Assembly (NCBI GenBank): GCA_045606205.1
Contig: JAZURL010000046.1
Coordinates: 13,555 to 77,554, forward strand
Direction: 5' to 3'
Source of the DNA: Faecousia sp.
Lineage (GTDB): Bacteria; Bacillota; Clostridia; Oscillospirales; Oscillospiraceae
Length of the DNA: 64,000 nucleotides
Shown here: positions 56,569 to 64,000 of the stretch, in pieces
Layout of the letters: each line of letters begins with the position of its first letter
Numbering within the stretch: the stretch's first letter is position 1
Program-made: the position numbers and the translations under genes
Notes under the pieces: generated by a model
Told to the model about the DNA's origin: nothing
Databases searched by the model: none
What the model saw: only the letters and a program-made list of their open reading frames with translations

Positions 56569-56745
56569 TTACATATCCATTTTCCGTACAAGTTTATTAG
56601 TAACTTCTTGTGCCGCATCTTCAACCGCATAGGCTGCTTTGTCCACCAGCTTTTTCGCCTTGCTCTGTCGGGGAAGCATTGCAACCGCAACTGCGCCCAC
56701 AGCAGCACCGATGCCCATGGTCAGTGCCCATCCTTTCATCTGCAT
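56569..56745 (-). CDS. 58-aa YtxH-like small membrane-anchored protein MQMKGWALTMGIGAAVGAVAVAMLPRQSKAKKLVDKAAYAVEDAAQEVTNKLVRKMDM (not in ORF track)
   Basis: AAGGAGG RBS; GGGCATACTA forespore-type -10 at 56768-56777; terminator right after the stop. Confidence 0.7.
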   Translation of the reverse strand: MQMKGWALTMGIGAAVGAVAVAMLPRQSKAKKLVDKAAYAVEDAAQEVTNKLVRKMDM

Positions 56746-56870
56746 ACATTCTCCCTCCTTCCGATAATAGTATGCCCGATTTTGTGGGAGCGGGGGATGT
56801 AAAATTCAGTCTTGTCGACCAATCCGGAATGTGTTATAATAAACAAAAAGAGTTTTAGGAGGTCAATATC

Positions 56871-57746
56871 ATGTCTATTGATTTTCTGCATGAAAAAATT
56901 CGTAAGCTGAAGAACCCGTTAATTGTGGATATGAGCATTACGGAGGAACTGCTTCCGCCCCATTTGATGGAGCAGGAGGGGGGCTTTTCTAAGGCGTATG
57001 CCCGTTTTTGCCGGGAGCTTTTGGAAGCACTTCCAGGTGTTGTGCCCGGTGTAAGATTTTCTTTTGATGTCTTCGCACTGTTGGGAGAGCAGGGACTTTC
57101 TGAACTGAGAAGCCTCTTGATCAGGGCAGGGGAATTGGGCTTCTACACACTACTTGATGGTCCGCAGATCCTTTCACCCTGGGCGGCTGACCGCGCTGCT
57201 GCCTTACTGACCGGTAACGAGTATCCCTGTCAGGGCATGATCATCAGCCCGTATATCGGAAGTGACAGCATCAAGCCCTTTATACCTGCCTGCACGAAAG
57301 GTGAGAAGGATCTGTTTATTGTGGTTCGTTCCGCCAACAAATCTGCATCCGAGCTTCAGGATCTGCTTACAGGTAAGCGGCTGGTACAGGGTGCGGCCGC
57401 AGAATTGGTGAATCGCTTTGGTGAGTCTATTTTTACCAAATGCAACTATTCCCGGATTTGTGCCGTAGGAAGTGCGGGTGCAGCTGACAGTCTGCGCAAT
57501 CTCCGGGCGCAGTATAAGCATATGTTTCTTTTGGTGGACGGTCTCGACTACCCCAGCGGCAATATGAAGAACGCAAGCTTTGCCTTTGATCGCCTCGGCT
57601 ACGGTGCTTCCATCTCCGCCGGTCCAACAGTTACAGCCGCCTGGCGCGATGTGGAGGGCACTAACAGTGAAGCCTATATTGATCACGCCGTACAGGCCGC
57701 TGAGCGGATCAAAAAGAATCTGCAGCGCTACGTTACCATCCTTTGA
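56871..57746 (+). CDS. Orotidine-5'-phosphate decarboxylase (type 2 PyrF)-like protein lacking catalytic residues
   Basis: PyrF2 landmarks kept (KNPLIV, SPYIGSDSIKPF, LFIVVRSAN..SELQD, YSRICAV, AFDRLGYGA) but DxKxxD is replaced by DGPQIL. Confidence 0.75.
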   Translation: MSIDFLHEKIRKLKNPLIVDMSITEELLPPHLMEQEGGFSKAYARFCRELLEALPGVVPGVRFSFDVFALLGEQGLSELRSLLIRAGELGFYTLLDGPQILSPWAADRAAALLTGNEYPCQGMIISPYIGSDSIKPFIPACTKGEKDLFIVVRSANKSASELQDLLTGKRLVQGAAAELVNRFGESIFTKCNYSRICAVGSAGAADSLRNLRAQYKHMFLLVDGLDYPSGNMKNASFAFDRLGYGASISAGPTVTAAWRDVEGTNSEAYIDHAVQAAERIKKNLQRYVTIL

Positions 57747-57774
57747 TTATGTAGGCCAGGCAATTGCCTGACCG

Positions 57775-58038
57775 TTAGTCTACCCTGTTTACACGGCCAC
57801 TCTTGCCAGCGGCATCACCATTGCCATCGATAATCCCATCTTCCATCATTCCGCTGCTGGAAGGCGTGGTAGGCGCGGTGGTCGGCTTCGTTGTGGCAGC
57901 TGTGGGTGCCGTTGTAGCCGCAGTGGAAGAATTGGCGCTGGGATCTGCAGTCTCATCAGCGCTATTTCTGCTGCCGCATGCAGTCAAAAGACCAATACCG
58001 AGAACAAGGCACAATGCAAAAATTGCAATTTTTTTCAT
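57775..58038 (-). CDS. Small lipoprotein with Thr/Ala/Pro-rich linker
   Basis: LTAC lipobox; GGAGG RBS; upstream GTCTA-N14-GGCAATACTA SigF-like promoter. Confidence 0.7.
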   Translation of the reverse strand: MKKIAIFALCLVLGIGLLTACGSRNSADETADPSANSSTAATTAPTAATTKPTTAPTTPSSSGMMEDGIIDGNGDAAGKSGRVNRVD

Positions 58039-58207
58039 GGTGTTTCCTCCTGTAATTCAGATTACATCGTTAGTATTGCCTTCAGATGATAATTTAGACT
58101 GGAAAAACGCTCCAATTTTTCGATAATTTCTGATTTTCCCATTGCTATTTTTAAAAAAAGCGTTATAATAATGAAGATAATGATTACATAAAGGAGAATC
58201 CTCAGTT

Positions 58208-58594
58208 ATGAAGAAACTCACCGTTAAAAAGGGAACAGAATGTATGGCTTGCTTGGAGTGCGTCCGCGCCTGCTCCAATGCTTTTTACAAGGAGTTCCAC
58301 CCCGATTATTCCTGCATCCAGGTGGTTGCGAAGGGTGCCGGAGCAAAGCCTATGACCTGCATCCAGTGCGGTAAGTGTGAAAAAGCCTGCGAACATGGTG
58401 CGATCACGCAGAATCCTAAGACCGGCGTTTACATGATCAACAAGAAACTGTGTGTTTCCTGCGGCAAGTGTGTAGAAGTTTGCCCCATGAAGGTTATGGT
58501 TTTGAAAGAGGGCAGCACTGCAAGTAAGTGCATTGCCTGCGGTATCTGTGTCAAGGCATGTCCCATGGAGATCCTGGAGATCGTCGAAAAGTAA
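58208..58594 (+). CDS. 4Fe-4S polyferredoxin / electron-transfer protein
   Basis: Four CxxCxxCxxxC motifs. Confidence 0.88.
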   Translation: MKKLTVKKGTECMACLECVRACSNAFYKEFHPDYSCIQVVAKGAGAKPMTCIQCGKCEKACEHGAITQNPKTGVYMINKKLCVSCGKCVEVCPMKVMVLKEGSTASKCIACGICVKACPMEILEIVEK

Positions 58595-58604
58595 ATAAAG
58601 CGTA

Positions 58605-58637
58605 AAGGGTAGCTTTGGCTACCCTTTTTTCTTTTTT
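58605..58637 (+). terminator. Intrinsic terminator
   Basis: aaagggtagc-tttg-gctacccttttttc. Confidence 0.8.
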
Positions 58638-58639
58638 GA

Positions 58640-58683
58640 TTGACAGTTCGATCACTGCATGATATGATACAAACAGATGTTCG
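58640..58683 (+). promoter_or_regulatory. SigA promoter P1 with LexA-type SOS box over the start site
   Basis: TTGACA-N17-TATGAT, then CAAACAGATGTTCG (reverse complement CGAACATCTGTTTG). Confidence 0.6.
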
Positions 58684-58721
58684 TATATTTGAAAATGGTT
58701 ACAAAAAACAGTCCGAAATGA

Positions 58722-58750
58722 TTGCAAAAACGCCGCAGTTATGATATACT
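58722..58750 (+). promoter_or_regulatory. SigA promoter P2 of murB-whiA-dnaE
   Basis: TTGCAA-N17-TATACT with TG extension. Confidence 0.55.
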
Positions 58751-58778
58751 GTTAACAATCATACACCCGGAGGCGTTT

Positions 58779-59690
58779 ATGACTGATTTAACCCCTTTTC
58801 AGCAGGAAATCCTTACTTTATTGCCCAAGATTGAACTGCGTTTTGGAGAATCCATGGCAAATCATACTTCTTTCCGCATTGGTGGTGGGGCAGAAGTAAT
58901 GGCATTCCCAAAAAGTGCAGAGGAATTGGCCGATATATTGAAAGTATGTAAAGAATTGGAGACTGTGCCCGCAATTTTGGGTGCCGGTACGAATGTTCTT
59001 GCACCGGATGACGGATTATCCGGAATTGTCATTTGTTTGAAAGATTGCATGGACGGGCTGGAGCAGATGGACGAAACCCATATCCGTGTGGGCGCAGGCG
59101 TGACTATGACCCGGGCAGCGGTTTTTGCAGCCAATCTCGGTTTGTCCGGTCTGGAATTCGCCCATGGCATTCCCGGTACTGTTGGCGGAGGCGTTTATAT
59201 GAATGCCGGAGCCTACGGTGGTGAGATCTGCCAGGTTTGCACCAGTGTTGATGTGATGGATCTGGATGGAACATTGTCAACCTATTCTGCGGAGCAGATG
59301 GGTTTTTCCTACCGCCATAGTGTACTGGAGGATCAAGGCGGCATTGTGATCCGTGCAATATTTGCTCTGTTGCCTAAGTCTCAGGATGAAATCCGGGCAA
59401 CAATGAAAGAACTGATGGCCAAGCGGTCGGCGTCTCAGCCGCTGGATCTGCCATCCGCAGGATCTGCGTTCAAGCGGCCGGCGGGCGGTTATGCGGCGGC
59501 ATTGATCGACCAAGCCGGACTGAAGGGCTTCCAGGTGGGCTGTGCCGGCATTTCCACCAAGCATGCCGGGTTTGCGGTAAATCTTGGGGGCGCAACGGCT
59601 GAGGATGTAAAAAGTCTGCTGATGCAGGTTTCTGACATTGTATTTCAAAATTCCGGCATCCGTTTAGAGCCGGAGGTTCGTATTTGGTAA
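58779..59690 (+). CDS. murB: UDP-N-acetylmuramate dehydrogenase
   Basis: HTSFRIGG, GIPGTVGG..MNAGAYG, QPLDLPSAGSAFKRP, KHAGF, LEPEV. Confidence 0.96.
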   Translation: MTDLTPFQQEILTLLPKIELRFGESMANHTSFRIGGGAEVMAFPKSAEELADILKVCKELETVPAILGAGTNVLAPDDGLSGIVICLKDCMDGLEQMDETHIRVGAGVTMTRAAVFAANLGLSGLEFAHGIPGTVGGGVYMNAGAYGGEICQVCTSVDVMDLDGTLSTYSAEQMGFSYRHSVLEDQGGIVIRAIFALLPKSQDEIRATMKELMAKRSASQPLDLPSAGSAFKRPAGGYAAALIDQAGLKGFQVGCAGISTKHAGFAVNLGGATAEDVKSLLMQVSDIVFQNSGIRLEPEVRIW

Positions 59691-59709
59691 AGAAATAAGG
59701 AGGTAAGCG

Positions 59710-60624
59710 ATGGCTATCTCGTTTTCCAGCGCCGCAAAGGCAGAGATCTGTCGGGCATTTCCTCAAAAGAAGTGCTGTGCGTTGGCCCAGTGTTTTGGTA
59801 TTCTACTGTTCTGCAACAGCTTTGGAGCAAAGGGAATCCGTATTATCACAGAAAGTCGTGTTCTGGCACAAAATTTGCCCAAATTGTTCAAAAAAGCATT
59901 TGGCATTACTTTCGACATTGCACCGAAGGAAGATGCGCCGGGAAAACTGGTGTTTCAGATTACGGACAGCGAAAAACTGTCCGCAGTAATGAGTGCCTAT
60001 GGTTTTGATGTAAAGGATACTTTGGCGCTTCATGTGAATTTGCCCATCGTGGAAGAGGATTGCTGCAAGGCATCTTTTCTGCGGGGTGCATTCCTGGCAG
60101 GCGGCAGTGTGACTGATCCAATTAAGGGCTACCATATGGAGATCACAACTACCCATAAAAGCGTTGCCCGGGAGACAGATGCTCTCATCCGTGAAAGCTT
60201 ACCCTTCTATCCCAAGGCGGCACAACGCGGCGGCGGACAGGTACTTTACATCAAGCAAAGTGAGCTGATTTCTGATTTCCTTACCTTCCTGGGCGCACCG
60301 GTGGCTGCCATGAGCATTATGGAAGCGCGGCTTGAGAAGGAGCTCAATAATAAAGTCAACCGTCGCTGTAACTGCGACGATGCCAATACTTCCAAGGTGG
60401 TGGAAGCCGCCCAGGAGCAGTTGTCGGCCATTCGTGTCCTCAGAGAACGGGGCGTGGTTGCAAAACTGCCTGCAAAGCTCCAGCAGGCCATCGAAGCCCG
60501 GGAGCAGAACCCAGAGGCATCCTTGACAGAACTGGCTGCTATGATGGAGCCTGCCATCACAAAGCCGGCTATGAATCACCGGTTGAAAAAAATCGTAGAA
60601 CTTGCAAAGGAGGCAGCATTATGA
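59710..60624 (+). CDS. whiA: DNA-binding protein WhiA
   Basis: SFSSAAKAE, FLRGAFLAGGSVTDP..YHME, NRRCNCDDAN, C-terminal HTH NHRLKKI. Confidence 0.93.
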   Translation: MAISFSSAAKAEICRAFPQKKCCALAQCFGILLFCNSFGAKGIRIITESRVLAQNLPKLFKKAFGITFDIAPKEDAPGKLVFQITDSEKLSAVMSAYGFDVKDTLALHVNLPIVEEDCCKASFLRGAFLAGGSVTDPIKGYHMEITTTHKSVARETDALIRESLPFYPKAAQRGGGQVLYIKQSELISDFLTFLGAPVAAMSIMEARLEKELNNKVNRRCNCDDANTSKVVEAAQEQLSAIRVLRERGVVAKLPAKLQQAIEAREQNPEASLTELAAMMEPAITKPAMNHRLKKIVELAKEAAL

Positions 60625-63600
60625 GTTTTGTGCATTTGCATGTCCATACTGAATACAGCCTCCTGGATGGTGCCTGTCGCATTGACCGGATGATGGATCG
60701 GGTCAAGGAGCTGGGACAGACCGCCATAGCCATAACAGACCACGGTGTTATGTATGGCTGTATCGATTTTTATAAAGCTGCCAAGGCTGCCGGCATCAAG
60801 CCCATCATCGGCTGTGAGGTCTATGTCACCCGCCGCCGCATGGAAGACCGGGTGCATGGTATTGACAACGATCCCTACCATTTGGTTCTGTTGTGCGAGA
60901 ACCGCAAAGGCTATGAAAATCTGTGCAAACTGGTGTCTGAAGCCTTTACACATGGTTTTTACGGCAAACCCCGTGTGGATCTGGAACTGTTGAGCCAGTA
61001 CCATGAGGGTTTGATCGCCACATCTGCTTGTTTGGCCGGTGGCGTTGCCCAGTTTTTGCTTGAAGAGGACTACAACGCCGCAAAAGAATATGCCCTCAAG
61101 ATGGCAGACATCTTCGGACCGGGGCACTTCTTTTTAGAAATGCAGGATCACGGCATTGAGGAGCAGATCGCCGTCAATCAAGGCGTACAGCGTCTTGCCA
61201 GAGAAACCGGTCTACCCACTGTGATTACCAATGATGCCCATTATCTGCGCAAAGAAGATGCCGCCATGCAGGATGTGCTGCTTTGTATTCAGACAGGCAA
61301 AACGGTGGACGAAACCAACCGAATGAAGTTTCAGACGGAGGAATTCTATCTCAAAAGCGAGGATGAATTGCGTCAGTTATTTCCCAACTGCGACGAAGCT
61401 TTCGAAAATACAGCGAAAATTGCTGATATGTGCAATTTGGAATTTACATTCCATGAATACCATTTGCCGTCCTTCCCTGTGCCGGATGGGGTGACAAACG
61501 AGGAATACTTCCGTCAGCTTTGCTATGCCGGCTTCAATGAACGTTATCATAATCCACCGCAGGAATATGTTGACCGTCTTGAATACGAGATCGGTGTGAT
61601 CAGCAAAATGGGGTACGTGAACTATTACCTCATCGTGTGGGATTTCATTCGCTATGCAAAAGAACAGGGAATTCCCGTGGGTCCTGGCCGTGGCTCTGGT
61701 GCAGCATCCATTGTTGCATATTGCCTGCATATCACAGAAGTGGATCCCATGCAGTATGCGCTGATTTTTGAGCGTTTTTTGAACCCTGAGCGGGTTAGTA
61801 TGCCCGACTTTGATACAGACTTCTGTCAGGAACGCCGGGGAGAGGTTATTGAGTATGTCATGGGCAAATACGGTGCAGACCATGTGGCACAAATCGCCAC
61901 CTTTGGCACTATGGCTGCCCGGGGTGCGATCCGGGATGTGGGCCGTGCGCTGAACTTCTCCTATGCGGAAACGGACATCGTGGCAAAGCTGGTTCCCACA
62001 ACCCTGCATATTACGCTGAAGGAAGCGCTGGAGGTCAGCCCCAAGCTAAAAGAAATGTATGACGGCGACGAGCGGGTAAAATTGCTGATCGACACCGCTA
62101 TGAGCTTAGAGGGAATGCCCCGGAACACCTCAACCCATGCTGCCGGCGTTGTAATCACTGCTGATCCGGTGGATACCTATGTACCCCTGTCACGGAACGA
62201 GGATACCATTGTCACTCAGTACACTATGACCACCATTGAAGAGCTGGGACTTCTGAAAATGGACTTTTTGGGCCTGCGAAATCTAACGGTTATTGAGGAT
62301 GCCCAACAGCAGATCCAAAAGCTGGAGCCGGATTTTGACATCAGCAAAGTGTGTGATAATGATCCTGACACCTTTGCTATGCTGGCAGAGGGCAAGACGC
62401 AGGGTGTATTCCAGCTGGAATCTACCGGCATTACTGGCGTGTGCGTGAATATGAGACCCACATCTATCGAAGATCTCACCGCCATTGTGGCACTGTACCG
62501 TCCCGGCCCCATGGACTCCATTCCTACATTTATTGCTAATAAGCTGGATCCACGGAAAATTCGCTACAAAACCCCGTTGCTTGAGCCGATACTGAAGGTT
62601 ACCTACGGTTGCATCGTCTATCAGGAGCAGGTTATTGCTATTTTTCAGGCACTGGGCGGTTATACCATGGGTCAAGCGGACAATATCCGCCGTGCCATCT
62701 CCAAAAAGAAGATGAAGGTCATCGAGGCGGAGCGTAAGGTGTTCGTCTACGGCGATCCAGAGCAGGGGATTCCCGGTGCAGTTGCCAAGGGTGTTTCCGA
62801 GGGCGCTGCCCAGTCCATCTACGATGAGATCGTTGATTTTGCAAACTATGCCTTTAACAAGGCCCACGCAGTCTGCTATGCGGTTGTATCCTATCAGACG
62901 GCTTATCTTAAGTGTCATTATCCTCGGCAGTACATGGCAGCGTTGATGACCTCTGTGCTGGATTCCGCCACCAAGATCTCCGGCTATATTGCGGAGTGTA
63001 AAGAGATGGGCATTCCTGTTTTGCCTCCGGATATCAATCACTCCGATGACCACTTTACGGTCGAGGGGAAAGCAATCCGGTTTGGTTTGGGTGCGGTCAA
63101 GAATGTGGGACGGGCCCTCATTCGTACCATTTCTGCCAAACGCACAGCGGACGGACCATTCCAGTCCATGGAAGACTTCCTGCAGAGAATGGGCGAGGGT
63201 GAACTGAACAAGCGTGCCGTTGAAAACTTTATCAAATGCGGCGCACTGGATTGCTTTGGACATCACAGAAGTGAGCTTTTGGCTGTATATGAGAGCATGA
63301 TGGACAGTGTGTCCTCTTCCCGGAAGAAGAATTTGGACGGACAAATTGGTATGTTTACCATGCTGGATGCCAGCGATAAGACCACATCCATTCCTATTCC
63401 GTCCTTGCCGGAGCTGAGTAAGGCGGATTTGATGACCATGGAAAAGGAAACCACCGGTATTTATATCTCCGGCCACCCCATGGATGATTACCGGGGGCTG
63501 CTGAAAGGTGCACATGTGGTTCCTATCGGCGTTTTGATGGGGGATGAGAATCCCTACAAGGACGATTCCGTTGTCAGCGTTGCCGGTATCGTACAAGGCG

Positions 63601-64000
63601 TTAAGATGAAAACCACTCGCAATAATTCCATGATGGCCTATGTGACTGTTGAGGATGATACAGCGTCCATTGAAATGCTGGCATTTTCCAATGTCTTGAG
63701 CCAGTATGGTGGCTATTTGCGGGAAAACAACCCGGTGGTTATCACCGGCCGTCTGTCAATACGGGATGAGAAAGAGCCTCAGATTGTTATTAACCGTGCA
63801 CGGCCTATTTCAGATTACGCCGCTGAGATGCCGGCTGAACCTGTGCCGGTGCCTGCTCAGCCACAGGCAAACAAACTCTATTTGCAGTTAACCGGCGAAG
63901 AAGATCCGCGATATGGTAAGGTGAAGGCGATCCTCAGTATGTTTCCGGGGACCAGCCAGGTGGTTCTGTTCTTTGCGGATACCCGCACACGCCGGGGTAC
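60621..64000 (+). CDS. dnaE: DNA polymerase III alpha subunit DnaE (3'-truncated by window edge; not in ORF track)
   Basis: MSFVHLHVHTEYSLLDGA, AITDHG, GPGRGSGA, FERFLNPER..MPDFD, KMDFLGL, YAFNKAH. Confidence 0.95.
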   Translation, partial: MSFVHLHVHTEYSLLDGACRIDRMMDRVKELGQTAIAITDHGVMYGCIDFYKAAKAAGIKPIIGCEVYVTRRRMEDRVHGIDNDPYHLVLLCENRKGYENLCKLVSEAFTHGFYGKPRVDLELLSQYHEGLIATSACLAGGVAQFLLEEDYNAAKEYALKMADIFGPGHFFLEMQDHGIEEQIAVNQGVQRLARETGLPTVITNDAHYLRKEDAAMQDVLLCIQTGKTVDETNRMKFQTEEFYLKSEDELRQLFPNCDEAFENTAKIADMCNLEFTFHEYHLPSFPVPDGVTNEEYFRQLCYAGFNERYHNPPQEYVDRLEYEIGVISKMGYVNYYLIVWDFIRYAKEQGIPVGPGRGSGAASIVAYCLHITEVDPMQYALIFERFLNPERVSMPDFDTDFCQERRGEVIEYVMGKYGADHVAQIATFGTMAARGAIRDVGRALNFSYAETDIVAKLVPTTLHITLKEALEVSPKLKEMYDGDERVKLLIDTAMSLEGMPRNTSTHAAGVVITADPVDTYVPLSRNEDTIVTQYTMTTIEELGLLKMDFLGLRNLTVIEDAQQQIQKLEPDFDISKVCDNDPDTFAMLAEGKTQGVFQLESTGITGVCVNMRPTSIEDLTAIVALYRPGPMDSIPTFIANKLDPRKIRYKTPLLEPILKVTYGCIVYQEQVIAIFQALGGYTMGQADNIRRAISKKKMKVIEAERKVFVYGDPEQGIPGAVAKGVSEGAAQSIYDEIVDFANYAFNKAHAVCYAVVSYQTAYLKCHYPRQYMAALMTSVLDSATKISGYIAECKEMGIPVLPPDINHSDDHFTVEGKAIRFGLGAVKNVGRALIRTISAKRTADGPFQSMEDFLQRMGEGELNKRAVENFIKCGALDCFGHHRSELLAVYESMMDSVSSSRKKNLDGQIGMFTMLDASDKTTSIPIPSLPELSKADLMTMEKETTGIYISGHPMDDYRGLLKGAHVVPIGVLMGDENPYKDDSVVSVAGIVQGVKMKTTRNNSMMAYVTVEDDTASIEMLAFSNVLSQYGGYLRENNPVVITGRLSIRDEKEPQIVINRARPISDYAAEMPAEPVPVPAQPQANKLYLQLTGEEDPRYGKVKAILSMFPGTSQVVLFFADTRTRRG

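Noticed and set aside
58170-58194. GATAATGATTAC Fur-box-like sequence before the ferredoxin gene
   Set aside because: Only a half-site match in AT-rich DNA; not palindromic enough to call.
1-64000. Mobile elements, prophage, defence systems, tRNA or rRNA
   Set aside because: No transposase, integrase, phage, cas or restriction motifs and no tRNA/rRNA signatures were seen; the window reads as core chromosome.

Overview
A ~52% GC chromosomal core region from a spore-forming clostridial Firmicute; gene content and order suggest Oscillospiraceae/Ruminococcaceae (inference). In order it holds: addB(3' part)-addA, spoVAD-spoVAE, ylmH/DUF896, two flavoproteins, nfo, an FHA-SEDS fusion plus class B PBP, sipL, a COG0523 GTPase pair, glnS, pyrH-frr-uppS-cdsA-dxr-rseP-ispG-polC, spoIIIAA-AH, yqhY-nusB-(TsaD paralog)-xseAB-ispA, rpmG-secE-nusG-rplK-rplA, tspO, ruvX, split TauE, a PrsA-like foldase, 6S RNA, a class A PBP, ecfAA'T-truA, a Clp ATPase, a degenerate PyrF paralog, a polyferredoxin and murB-whiA-dnaE(5' part). 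I found no mobile element, prophage, CRISPR array, tRNA or rRNA. The most notable signals are: (1) a 36-aa micropeptide missing from the ORF track that is 89% Asn/Gln, with its own RBS, forespore-type promoter and terminator behind spoVAE; (2) an intact but apparently catalytically dead PyrF paralog; (3) an FhaB-like FHA domain fused to a SEDS peptidoglycan polymerase; (4) a candidate C-rich-loop sRNA downstream of sipL; (5) a LexA-type box on one of two tandem promoters of murB-whiA-dnaE; (6) several other sporulation-promoter small ORFs. All calls come from reading motifs by eye; no database search was run.
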